Source of the DNA: Trichosphaerium sp. ATCC 40318
Lineage: Eukaryota > Protista > Tubulinea
NCBI GenBank assembly: GCA_038496445.1
Contig: JALMLS010000165.1
Span: 107,576 to 171,575, forward strand
DNA length: 64,000 bases
Reading direction: 5' to 3'
The notes beneath the pieces were generated by a model. The model was not told the DNA's origin. It saw only the letters and a program-made list of their open reading frames with translations, and made no database searches. Positions 50,155 through 61,567 of this stretch are shown here, piece after piece. Within the stretch, counting starts at the first letter, position 1. The number at the start of each line of letters is the position of its first letter. The translations under genes and the position numbers were made by a program.

Positions 50155-51840
50155 CTAGCGCAAGGGTTGTCCATTTATATACCACTGTTTGATTTCACCA
50201 TTTGGTTTATCATCAATAAACATTCCTTGTGTCATAAGTTGTCCGTTGTCATACCACTGTTTGTATTCACCATTATTTTTACCATCAACATACATTGTTT
50301 GTCTCCTAAGTTGTCCGTTTTCATGCCACTCTTTGTATTCACCATTTCTTTTATCATCAGCCATCATTGTTTGTATCCTAAGTTGTCCGTTTTCATACCA
50401 CTCTTTGTATTCTCCATGTTTTTTATCATCAACCATCATTGCTTGTGTCCTAAGTTGTCCGTTTTCAGACCACTGTTTGTATTCTCCATGGTTTTTATCA
50501 TCAGCCATCATTGTTTGTATCCTAAGTTGTCCGTTTTCATGCCACTCTTTGTGTTCTCCATGTTTTTTATCATCAACCATCATTGTTTGTGTCCTAAGTT
50601 GTCCATCTTTGTACCAATCTTTGTGCTCACCATTTTCTTTACCATCAACATACATTGTTTGTACCATAAGTTGTCCATTATCATACCACACTTTCCTTTC
50701 GCCATTTTCTATACCATCAATGAACATTGCTTGTGTCCCAAGTTGTCCATCTTTGAACCACTCTTTGTGCTCACCATTTTCTTTACCATCAACTATCATT
50801 ACCTGTACCACAAGTTGTCCATTATGATACCACACTTTCCTTTCGCCATTTTCTATACCATCAATGAACGTTACTTGTGTCCTAAGTTGTCCACCTTTGT
50901 ACCACTCTTTGTGCTCACCATTTTCTTTACCATCAACATACATTGTTTGTATCATAAGTTGTCCATTATCATACCACTCTTTGCTTTTGCCATTTTCTAT
51001 ACCATCAATGAACGTTGTTTGTGCCTTTAGTTGTCCATTACCATACCAGTCTTTGCTTTCGCCATTTTCTATACCATCAATGAACATTGTTTGTGCCTTT
51101 AGTTGACCATTTTCATACCACTCTTTAAGTTCACCATTTTGTTTATCATCAATAAACATTTGTTCATGAAGTTGTCCATTTATGTACCAGCTTATGTATT
51201 CACCATTTTCTTTACCATCAACATACATTATTTGTGACATAAGTTGTCCGTTCTCATGCCACTCTTTGTATTCTCCATGTTTTTTATCATCAACCATCAT
51301 TACTTGTGTTTTAAGTTGTCCGTTTTCATACCAGTCTTTATATTCTCCATGGTTTTTATCATCAACCATCATTTGTGCCTTTAGTTGACCATTTTCATAC
51401 CACTCTTTTTCTTCGCCAGTCATTTTATTGTTAACCCACTTAATTTGTCCATTTTCATACCACCGTTTGCCTTCACCAGTCAATTTATCATCAACATACA
51501 TTTTACCTTCCTTAATTTGTCCATTTTCATACCACTTAGTACATATTCCTTCCATTTTGCCATTACAGACCATGTACTGTGAACTTTTTGCTCCACTCTC
51601 ATACCACGTGTCGCAAAGTCCATTTTTTACATATTGGCAAACTTGTAAAGTACCACTGTTATACCATCTGATCCATTTTCCTTTTCTCTCTAATGCTTCA
51701 TCAAAATGTGTGTTGATTGCTGCTCTCTTTGATAGAGAATGGAATTTCGTGAATACTTCTTTGTTGAAAGTACAAATGTACTGTTGAAGTTCAGATGGGA
51801 TATCCAATAAACTCATAGAGGATGGAGAGGAAGAGGACAT
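50155..51840 (-). CDS. F-box-like + about 20 MORN-variant repeats
   Basis: SLLDIPSELQQYI F-box start and 24-aa GEYKEWYENGQLxxQxMxxDxKxx repeats. Intronless. Confidence 0.9.
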   Translation of the reverse strand: MSSSSPSSMSLLDIPSELQQYICTFNKEVFTKFHSLSKRAAINTHFDEALERKGKWIRWYNSGTLQVCQYVKNGLCDTWYESGAKSSQYMVCNGKMEGICTKWYENGQIKEGKMYVDDKLTGEGKRWYENGQIKWVNNKMTGEEKEWYENGQLKAQMMVDDKNHGEYKDWYENGQLKTQVMMVDDKKHGEYKEWHENGQLMSQIMYVDGKENGEYISWYINGQLHEQMFIDDKQNGELKEWYENGQLKAQTMFIDGIENGESKDWYGNGQLKAQTTFIDGIENGKSKEWYDNGQLMIQTMYVDGKENGEHKEWYKGGQLRTQVTFIDGIENGERKVWYHNGQLVVQVMIVDGKENGEHKEWFKDGQLGTQAMFIDGIENGERKVWYDNGQLMVQTMYVDGKENGEHKDWYKDGQLRTQTMMVDDKKHGEHKEWHENGQLRIQTMMADDKNHGEYKQWSENGQLRTQAMMVDDKKHGEYKEWYENGQLRIQTMMADDKRNGEYKEWHENGQLRRQTMYVDGKNNGEYKQWYDNGQLMTQGMFIDDKPNGEIKQWYINGQPLR

Positions 51841-53149
51841 ACTCTTTCTATTTAGAATCTAGAAAAAAAAAAGATTAATAACAAGATCATAGAGAGGGAA
51901 AATGTTTGAGAGTTTTTGTCTGTTCTTTGTAAACAAGACGGCAAAATACAAAGTAGATTTAAAAAATCCCTTCGCCCAGGTTAACACTAAATACTTTGGA
52001 ATAGACGCAGAAGTACTAAGAAAGTACCAAGTGATGTACAATAACGTTTCTCATAAAATTCTGATTTTGGACAGCTGATGGTACCAGTTGTGAATTTTTG
52101 TAGTACCACAATCCACAGCTATTAGGTTGAAATGGAGGAAGGAAATAATTAACGCTTTCAACAGGTACAAGTGATACGGATAGTGAAGACATCCATCGCT
52201 CACAAACGCTTCAAAACAATTTCACCTTGACCTTAACAGAGCCAAGTTGTATGGATTTAAATAAGTATTATCACACAGCGGACACCTAATCCGAATCACT
52301 GTAATCGCCAAAATGCCAAACCTTTCGCCAAAAAGTAAAAAACGTGACAGTTTTTTTTTCCATTTCGCGTCATCTTGAGTCACTTTTTAACTCTCTGAAA
52401 ACCTCTTATAATCACTTTGCACGCGTAGAAATAGCCCGAGTTTGAAGTAAAACAATTTTATCATAATTTTGTAGTTTGATGAACTCAGTCGCTGAGACGC
52501 CGGCGGTTAGGACCTCAAGGAATGGTTGGTAGGACGGTTACAATATCTCCACCACAAAAGCTGTTAGAATTTTTCAACTGCGAATTTTTAAAATGTATGT
52601 AGTAGCTTGGCAACATCGTTAAAGCCTACTTTGTGCTCTCACATAAGAAAAAACAAGTATCACGTGCTTTTTTAGTCAAGAACTGGCAAAAAAAAAAAAG
52701 TAACTTTCGATGTCTCCGGATGCTCGCAATTAGAAAATACGAGCGTAAGGTGGGTTTCAAATACGTTTCTTCAATTTATCTAAACGTACCGCTTAGGGAA
52801 CAATCTCAAAACCTTGTAGAGCTCTACAACGTTCAAGCAAACCAATATGTATACCGCTACAAGCCAAATAACCTTTGAAAAAAAGTGAGTTTACAAAACG
52901 TGACATCAACGTACAAACGTATAATGCTGATTCGATAGTCTTTGTAACGGAACAGTTGTAACGTTGATGTAAGTTCTAATTATTATTTACAGTTTAAGTA
53001 GGATAGAAAACAGATAGAAATTTACGGGAAATTTCATATTTTCTACTTCATTGAGAGTTCCTCAAGTAATTCCATACGAATTCTATCCGAGTTCTATAGA
53101 AATTCTTAGCGTTACAGTCTTGGCCTTGTTTCCACTTAATGTATGCTGT

Positions 53150-53520
53150 CGGTTAGCGTCACTGCCTTAAGAACCTTAAGCTGTAAAGAACTCTTTGGAT
53201 TGTAGATAACGCTTGTTTAAAATCAAACTTGTCTGACATTGTATTGCAACTAGATTGGTGTAAACAGGTTAGTTTACAAACAGTTTCTTGAAGGCTAGTT
53301 AATTCTTTGCTCTTGTGCCAGTTCTTGTGTTTCTTCTGCTGAAAAACAAAGTCATTTATGTTTAAGTGTTTGTTTTTACCATTGATTGTCGTTTGCAAGT
53401 GTGGTAATATTAGTGACAAAGGTGTTAACAGTCTTGCTGGTGTTAGGAAAATTGATCTAGTGCATTCACCAAGTCACAAATATTGAGTTGTTACTTTAAA
53501 AAGCCAAACCTTAAATATAA
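53150..53520 (+). pseudogene. LRR gene remnant
   Basis: CGNISDKGVNSLAGVRKIDL matches the LAGV repeat of 35569; the surrounding frames are broken. Confidence 0.5.
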
Positions 53521-53589
53521 ATCAGTCATTTTTCTGAAAACATGATTGCTACAGATAACAGCAGCAAATTTTCTAACTATGGTAAAACT

Positions 53590-54555
53590 TTATTTGTTAC
53601 TCCCTATTCCTAGTGATTCAACATCTTTTCTTGTAATTTTATTAGACCCACGCAATTCAATACGCTTGAGAGACTTTAAATGCTTCAAACAATTGTTAGT
53701 TATCTGACTACAATTCAACAGAACAAGGTGTTCAAGATTTACCAAGTGCTGAAATCCAGAGTCAAGGATATTTATACACTCTCTAATATAAAGGTACTTG
53801 AGATTAGGAAAGTACTTAAAACACGTGTCAGTGATACCATCACATGCATACAAAGTGAGTCGTTCAAGGTTTACCAAGTGCTTCACACCATCGTCTGTGA
53901 TCTTGTGACAAAGTGTCATAGCAAGGCACGTGACATTGGTAAGCGACTTGATTCCATCATCTGTTATTATAGGCCCATTGGTGATGGTAACTGTATGCAC
54001 ACTACCAAGTTGTTTGAGATATGAGTCTTTTGGATTTCCAAGAGTTATATCATGGACATCTTTAAGTGCCTTTATTCCTTCAACAGTAATATTGCGACAA
54101 CGACAAATATCTATTGTATGTACACCACTTAATGCTTTTAATGCTGCATCTGTAACACCTGTAGATGCTAAGGAAATTCTATGAACTGTACTTTTTCCAC
54201 CAGCTAACAAACTAATAACACCTTCATCTGTTATTTTTGATCTTTGTAGAGAGATTGAGTGAACACCAGAAAGACAAGCCATGTCTGCATCTGATAATAC
54301 CGCCTCACGACACATAATTATTGTGGATTTGAGTAAAGGACTTCCTTCAAGAAGGTAACAATCTGATGGCTCTTTCAATTTGATCCAATTGAAACCAATA
54401 TTATTGCGAATTATGTTGTTAAATAGATGACAGACTGTAGAAGCTCTAATACGCTTTCTTCTATTTAAATTCCGTAAAATAAGTGTTATTATCTCTGGTG
54501 GAAGCTGTGTTATTGAAATAACTTGATTTGTAGCTAATGTACGATCTTTTGACAT
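53590..54555 (-). CDS. F-box + LRR protein
   Basis: ITQLPPEIITLILRNL F-box and Cys-containing LRRs (ITDDGVKHLVNLERLTLYAC). Intronless. Confidence 0.9.
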   Translation of the reverse strand: MSKDRTLATNQVISITQLPPEIITLILRNLNRRKRIRASTVCHLFNNIIRNNIGFNWIKLKEPSDCYLLEGSPLLKSTIIMCREAVLSDADMACLSGVHSISLQRSKITDEGVISLLAGGKSTVHRISLASTGVTDAALKALSGVHTIDICRCRNITVEGIKALKDVHDITLGNPKDSYLKQLGSVHTVTITNGPIITDDGIKSLTNVTCLAMTLCHKITDDGVKHLVNLERLTLYACDGITDTCFKYFPNLKYLYIRECINILDSGFQHLVNLEHLVLLNCSQITNNCLKHLKSLKRIELRGSNKITRKDVESLGIGSNK

Positions 54556-54927
54556 TTCCACGTGTTTAGTATTGAATTGGCCCATGAAGTGAACAAAACG
54601 ACTTCTTCTGTGCAAACCAAGTACAATCAACGGTAGAAGAAACGTACTATGAAGACTGAAGCATCATTGCTGTATCTGTAAATGTAAGTTTAAGTTGTTT
54701 TTCGCCTTAACTTGCTGTTTTACTGAAAGCACGTGCAAAAAAACAAACAAATCGACAAAGCACGTTTTCACGTGTATTAGTAAATGTTACCATGCTCTGC
54801 AGGGACACATTGATAAAGTAGCGTGCGTAGGCTATTAGCTTTATCTGTTCTAATAAACCTCAAAAAACTGCAGCAACGATTCAAGTCAAAATCGTTCGTC
54901 ATTAGACACTATACCAAAAAACCAACG

Positions 54928-55587
54928 ATGGCAGCAAAACGCGTTTGTTTCGGTGCTGGGTGCTTTTGGGGCACAGAAAAGTTCTTCAAGAAAGAGTTTA
55001 AAGTAAAGACTAAAGTCGGTTATTGTAATGGCAAAGCGGAAATGCCAACGTACCAGGTACAACGGAGTGATTAACTTACGATTGTTAATATTTTTATCTA
55101 AAGGCTGTATGTACAGGCGCAACAGGCCATGTAGAAGCATTAGAGGTTATTTATGAGCCTGAAGTTGATTTTCGTGAGTTGTGCAGGTTCTTTTTCCGTA
55201 TGCATGATCCAACTACCCTCAATCGCCAAGGAAATGATAGAGGTATGTAACAAGAGCTAAATAGAGTGTTATTACTGTTTTTTTTCAAAAGCGTCATCAT
55301 TTCTCCGTCTGACCTTCGTAACAGGCACTCAGTACCGTAGCGGTATCTACTACACAGATGACGATCAAAAAAAGATAGCAGAAGAAGTTAAAGCTGAAAT
55401 CGGGTCCTCAGGAAAGTACAGCAGTCCAATCGTTACTGAAATTGAGAAACTTGATAAGTTCTGGGACGCTGAAGACTATCATCAGGTATGTCACGTTTGT
55501 TGTTATCCTGGTTTTTGTTTGACACTTCTTTAGGATTACCTTGAAAAGAACCCAGGTGGTTATTGTAACCACAAACTACGCTGGTAG
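54928..55587 (+). CDS. msrA: Peptide methionine sulfoxide reductase A, four exons
   Basis: [36 protein letters not shown] and [17 protein letters not shown]. Confidence 0.97.
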
Positions 55588-55794
55588 GACGTCCGAAACG
55601 GTTTATTTTGTACACCTCGTCAAATAAAACATCTTTTTAAAAAAACCTAGACTCACGTGCTTGTCTGGTGCTTTTAACGTAAATTCTTCTCGTGTAATGC
55701 GAAGAACAAAGAGCGTAACAAAAGCAGTGTAGGTTGTTGGTTTAATGTGTCTCACAGTCCAATCAAGTAAACAGGTGTATAAATTTGTGTTAAA

Positions 55795-56589
55795 ATGTCA
55801 GCAAAAAGACAACACACTCAAATACAGAGGGTTACACCACTTTCTCTGATACCATCAGAGATATTAACATCTGTTTTGCGTTATTTAAATAGGTATAATC
55901 GCATTAGAGCTTCTACAGTCTCTCATCTATTCGATGACATCATTCGTCATAATATTGGTTTTGATGAGATCAATATCAAAGACTCAGTAGATTGTCACGT
56001 GTTAAAAGACAGCCCTTTCCTAAAAAACACCATCATCAAATTTAGGGGTACCATACGTTCTAAGAAGGATTTATTATGCCTTGTTGGCGTTCGCTCAATA
56101 AGTCTTCTGATGTCAAATATTACAGATGATGGTATACTTGCTTTAGTAAACGGAGGAAAGCACAACATTCATTACATCAACTTAAAATTTTGCTTTCACA
56201 TAACAGATGTTGCATTAAAAGCTCTAGCTGGCATACACACAGTTTGCATTAGTGGTAGCAACAATGTCACTTGTGAAGGGATAAAGGCACTGAAGGATGT
56301 ACATACCTTATATCTTTACCAACCGAAGGACTCTTGGCTCAAACAGCTAGACAATGTGCATACAGTAGATATTGAATTCGGGTCTGAAATAACAGATGAT
56401 GGCATCAAATCATTGGTCAATGTCAAGCGTCTATGTTTGAGATATTGTTTTACTGTAACATCCTCAGGATTAAAGGAATTGGTCAATCTTGAATACCTTA
56501 AGCTTAAAAAGTGTAGCGTCGGTATGATTACAGAGGCCTATCGGCAACACATGAAATCTAATGGTATAACATATGTATGTAAAAAATAA
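55795..56589 (+). CDS. F-box + LRR protein, paralog of 53590
   Basis: LSLIPSEILTSVLRYL and RIRASTVSHLF shared with 53590, followed by ITDDGI LRRs. Confidence 0.9.
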   Translation: MSAKRQHTQIQRVTPLSLIPSEILTSVLRYLNRYNRIRASTVSHLFDDIIRHNIGFDEINIKDSVDCHVLKDSPFLKNTIIKFRGTIRSKKDLLCLVGVRSISLLMSNITDDGILALVNGGKHNIHYINLKFCFHITDVALKALAGIHTVCISGSNNVTCEGIKALKDVHTLYLYQPKDSWLKQLDNVHTVDIEFGSEITDDGIKSLVNVKRLCLRYCFTVTSSGLKELVNLEYLKLKKCSVGMITEAYRQHMKSNGITYVCKK

Positions 56590-57290
56590 AACCTGTTCAG
56601 GAACTACAATAAGACAAGCGGTACCTCCTTCTTTGTTGAGCCTGTTATATATAAACTCACAGTAAGCACGTGTATTTATTGACAGCAAAGACATTGCAGA
56701 TGAATAGTAAAGTTCATAGCACGAAAAGTTTTTTGCTTTATTTTAATTAAACATTACTTTTTTTTTGAGTCAGAACGTACCTCACAGCAATTTTATCACA
56801 TTAGCCTATTTTTACTACCTCTAACGGGGCTCGCTTGAATTTTCCTACAGATAGGGTCCAATTTGTACTTTGGAGTGCCGGCATTGAAGAGATTCAGTTG
56901 CCATTGGTTTTTTAAGCTACAATTCAGAACTAAAAAAGAAAGAACATGTGCTGGCTGAAGAGAAAAACGGTAAGAACGATTTCCCAATATACGTGTTTAC
57001 GAAAAGTTTTACGTAATTCAACACGTGTTCTATTTTCTTAACTACAGAAAGTACAAGTAATTTCCTACAATTTCAAGTACCAGTTCTTGTATTGTGGAAA
57101 GCCGCTAATAGTGCTTTGTACGATGTAATTGAGCCATAACAAATATTTGGTTCCTGTAAATCTGGAAAAAAGAAGTCGGGCAACCCGAAAAAGAAAACCG
57201 AAAATAAGAGAAATCATCAGTTGTTTTAAGTCAAGATCTATCCACTAGAGGAGCGAAGGACTGTTAGATCACACCCCAGCAACTTAAATA

Positions 57291-58004
57291 ATGTCTATTT
57301 ACTCTGATATTGCAAAACACCATGGCTGGACAGGTAGCGGAGGCTCGCCTGTAAAACCGCGAAAGAGTACGCCCACTACATTTAAAACAACAAGAAAGCA
57401 CCTATTTCATTAAGTTAAAGGGTTGTGACTGATTCTAATTCTTGACATTGCAGACTTGTATGTTGGTGTTGAGCTTCGAACAGGTAATGAATTGGCAGCA
57501 AAAAATTTCAACGGAACATCAGACCCTTACCTCAAAGTCATGGTTATTGCTGAGAGGAACAAAGACAAAACAATAAACAAGAAATTACCTGGTGATCCCT
57601 ATGCCACAACGACCATTGAAAAGACACTAAATCCAACATGGAATGAGTTTACTTATCTGTACCAAGTGTATGCAGAAGAGCAGGGATATTTAAAAATAGA
57701 GTGCTGGTATGTGTTGCAACTTTTTTTTTTGAGATTTTTGGGGAAATCACGTGATTTTTTTATTTATGTTTCCTTCAGGGATAAAAATCTTCTTTTTGAT
57801 GACTTTATGGGAGAGATCCTTGTTGATTTAACAAAATTGCAAAAAGAAACACTTGATATACCAAGCGTTGTGCATAAAGATGTGAAAAAAACACTTAAAG
57901 AGCGTATGAAACCAATGACACTTACATTGCAAGCACGAAAAGGTAGAAGAGATGTAGTAAGTGGTACCATAGACATAGGTATATCACTTGCTTTCATTTC
58001 ATGA
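57291..58004 (+). CDS. C2-domain protein, three exons
   Basis: LAAKNFNGTSDPYLKV, IEKTLNPTWNE and IECW|DKNLLFDDFMGEI. Confidence 0.9.
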
Positions 58005-58169
58005 TGTATCAGTGATCTTCGCTAGTATAATAAAAACAAGGTTAATTTCTTATTGCAGACTTGTATTAGTCAATATATTGATGGTACATAACTACGGTGA
58101 TTGCAGATATTGTCGGGTATTGTTCAATTTTCTACAAGCAAAAATGTGTAGCTTTTAGGTAATTTACTT

Positions 58170-58760
58170 AGAGCGCGTGCTATGAACTGTACACTTTTCA
58201 TTCGACTATGTTTTGGCAATGGATACACCTATTTATTGGATTGGTATGTGCATGTAACCTCATAACAGAAAGCTCCACGTGGTGTCAACTGTGTGATACA
58301 ATTCAATGAAAATGGAAGAAACGTTTGATCAGCAAGTTTTGCTGTCAGTTTATTAACACAGAGCTATTCCTTTCAACCTTTGCTCTAATCTGATCAAACC
58401 TATCTGTGCTGAACTCAACAATTTCATTCTCCAATATTTTCATCTGTATTTGAGAGATGCGCTACACCCATTACTCTAAACTAACCGATTGTAATGTTAT
58501 AGCATTAACTTTATATTCAGAAGCCGTTTATTACAACACGTGCTGTTAGTGCTTCCTTTATCGGAAAAAACTCAGAGCGTGTTCATGAAATTGTACCATC
58601 GTCCACAAAGACTTCTTTGTCAATACATGCACCTATTTATGTGGAAAGCAAGTCTACTGCAACAACCTCATAAAAGAAAGTTCCACGCGGTGTAATTCAA
58701 CACGTGAATTCAATGAAAACTTGAGAAAAGTTCGCAACTTTTTGGCTGAGTCATTTTCCA
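58170..58760 (+). repeat. Diverged duplication of the non-coding segment upstream of the AlkB gene
   Basis: CACCTATTTAT...AACCTCATAA(C/A)AGAAAG(C/T)TCCACG(T/C)GGTGT...AATTCAATGAAAA occurs at about 58225-58315 and 58630-58720. Confidence 0.6.
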
Positions 58761-58782
58761 ATCAAAAACCGTATTAAACAAC

Positions 58783-59538
58783 ATGAACCGCAACGCATCA
58801 ACTGATATTTCCTCTACAAATGGACCTAACCTTAACACTGGTATTGCAACAGAGATTGCGCCTGGTTTCGTCTTAATTAGAGGAGGATTGGATGTATCAA
58901 CTCAGAAATGGCTGGCAAAGTATACAATGGAACTAGGCAATCGACAAAAGCTCGGTTTTTGGGCTGAAAAAGACAATGGTGAAAAAATACTAAATTCAGC
59001 GAAAAGTCGAGGTCGTATGTACGACGCGTTGGATAAATTTCCTTCAAGCAAAGACTTGAATGATTTGTGTCAAAGCTTAGTTTCAATGGCGAAAGGTGTA
59101 ACCGATATGCCTTCAATGACAGCAACACATTTGAACATTTTGTACTATGGATCAAATAATGGCATTTATTGGCATGCGGACGATGATGACAATGATGGTG
59201 ATGGAGATAGTCCGATTGTATCTATAAGCCTCGGTGACGAAGGAGACTATGGGTATAAACTTCTAGGAAGGGAAAAGGAGTACGTACACCTTAAATCAGG
59301 TGATGTTTTGTTATGGGGAGGTGTCAACAGGATGTTATGGCACAACGTTGAAAAAGTAATGCCTGGCACGTGTCCAGAGTTTTTAAAGGATTCTTTATCT
59401 ACTGGACGTTTAAACTTTACTTTCTGGGACTCACCTTCTGTATTGGGTAAGGAAGAAGAACATAGGTACTATGTAAATGGATATGGTTATAAACATGTTG
59501 AAATGAACTGGCTAGAAAAAAATCGGAACAAAGAATGA
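58783..59538 (+). CDS. AlkB-family 2OG-Fe(II) dioxygenase
   Basis: IAPGFVLIRGGL, NILYY, WHAD (HxD), SPIVSISLG, LKSGDVLLWGG, WHNV and GRLNFTF. Intronless. Confidence 0.88.
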   Translation: MNRNASTDISSTNGPNLNTGIATEIAPGFVLIRGGLDVSTQKWLAKYTMELGNRQKLGFWAEKDNGEKILNSAKSRGRMYDALDKFPSSKDLNDLCQSLVSMAKGVTDMPSMTATHLNILYYGSNNGIYWHADDDDNDGDGDSPIVSISLGDEGDYGYKLLGREKEYVHLKSGDVLLWGGVNRMLWHNVEKVMPGTCPEFLKDSLSTGRLNFTFWDSPSVLGKEEEHRYYVNGYGYKHVEMNWLEKNRNKE

Positions 59539-61567
59539 AAGGTTGTATTAGCTTGCTTTTTAACTATTGTGTATCAAATAAACGAGTTTGTTATTTAAAC
59601 TTGCTTACTTACAGTGTTGTTCACACAAGTCATTCATCTAATGAGGTTATTGGTTAAAACCAAACCTACCAATGAGTAAAAATGTAAGCAATAGAAGTCT
59701 ATATTTTAATATCTCATTTTTTTTTTTGTTTTTTTTGACGCGAAGGTAGTAAATTGAGTGGTTGCAAAAGTGTTTTAGTATTTACACGTGCTAGCCATTT
59801 ACAAGTACAGTCTTTAATACTCACTAAACACCCGAAATCCGGGTTAACTCCTCACGTTCAATATTTGTAACTGTATCAACAACGTGTTTGGTAAGGAACT
59901 TATTATCCCATTAAGTACATCTACCAGTTTCAGTGTACTAGATCGCACTTTGTTGTGCTATAAAGGAGAACTGGATGGAGTGGTGAGAAAAAACACTTCC
60001 ATCATTCACCGGCGACTGAGTACTCAATTTGGTGATGGGAGACAAAGCACTTCCATTACATTTCCAGATTTTACTCACTCCCGAAAAAAGACTCTTACTC
60101 ACAAAGTTGTTTCACCATTGTATATACGCTTTATAGTAGCTGGTAAGAGCATTACTGAGTAAGTCAAAAACTATTGCACTGATTTACATCCGACCTTGTT
60201 AAATAATACTACTCAAATAAAAACAAATACAAGAATTGATGACACGTGACTAGATCACATGATATCTTTTTATAACGCGTGCGACATTCACCTAAAATTC
60301 TTTAGAACTTTTGTTGTAAATGGCAGTGAAACGCACGGTACAGTTTCATATCTCTGCCATGTTTTTAACGCTTTGTTTTTAGTTAAATACCGAAATCTCA
60401 GCACACCCTTCTCTGTTAAACCTTCCAGTAGAGCTACAACTTGATATAATAGACTTGGATACTAATTTATACTTACATTTTTTTTTTTAGAATAAGAGGC
60501 AGCGCGCTAGCGCCTACTTTATTACATAGGGATTTTTACATTGGATAACGACTTACAAATGTGCGTGTACAACAGGAAAAGCCAGAGTGTCTAGGAGATT
60601 CGATCAAGCCAGTACAAAGGAACACCAGAGAAGCCAAATATACGGAACCAATGAGATAATAAAGCAGATCACTGAAAGCTATACCTGGTTAAGTTTTTTA
60701 CGCTCTTCGTACCAACGAGCCCGTAGATTTTGGATGTTAGAGAGAGAGGTATCAACACGCTCACCAGCTACCACTTTTTTCCGCCAGTGTGCTTCCAATT
60801 CAGTGCGAAAAGCCGACTCCAAGTCGGGTTTGAGAATAGAACCAGAAGTTGAGACAGGTACCTTGGGAGCAGGTGAAGAAGAAGGAGAAGGCCTAACCAG
60901 TGGTGGGTGCGTACTTGGACGCTGGTTAGAGATGGTAGGTCTAGGCAACACACGTGGTTTTTTGTTAGCTACTCGTTGGGGACCTACAAAGCTTCGCTTG
61001 CCCAACTTGAACTCATCGAGGCCAGACTCGTCCAAGAACTCAATACTTCTTGCCTTTTTTTGAGCTGCCAGATAATCTGCTTTGCCTTTGAAAATCTTAA
61101 AAACCAGATAATTTTTGTGACGCTTAATAACTTGGAACGTCTCCAACCCTTCTATCACCTTGGAGCACCAAAAAACGCACCCATTAGAGGCCAGTTTGTG
61201 TTTTTCTGTGAGCCAGCGACGGAAGAAAAGAAGCTTGACATCCATAACCTTACAGAACTCGGTGCATAATAATAACATGTCATTGCCTGACTCAGTATTG
61301 TGGAAGCCCGAAATCACAATCTTGGTACAGTTGTGGGCAATAGTGTACATGTTGACGCCTCGGTTTTGAAATGAGCGTCTGATGTTTTGGATGCGGTCAT
61401 TGTCCAGCTTACTCATATACACAGCTACAGTTAGTCCAAATTCATACTCCCTGGCAGTCACAACTGTATTATCCTTGTTTTTGCAGATGTTTTTGACGAT
61501 GATATCACTAGCCTCCTCGAACGCCTTTTGAACATCCACTGGAGCTTTGGACTCACCGCTACCCTTA

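Noticed and set aside
50167-51787. Long plus-strand ORFs opposite the MORN gene
   Set aside because: These are antisense shadows of a repetitive coding sequence, as is 13664..13930.
50155-51840. Diversity-generating retroelement template/variable pair
   Set aside because: No DGR reverse transcriptase or non-coding template copy was seen, and the repeats are in-frame tandem units.
54958-54970. Selenoprotein MsrA
   Set aside because: The active-site codon is TGC (Cys), not TGA.
13349-56589. Giant endogenous viral element
   Set aside because: No capsid, polB, packaging ATPase or other Nucleocytoviricota core gene was recognised, and the virus-like repeat genes are scattered among intron-rich host genes.
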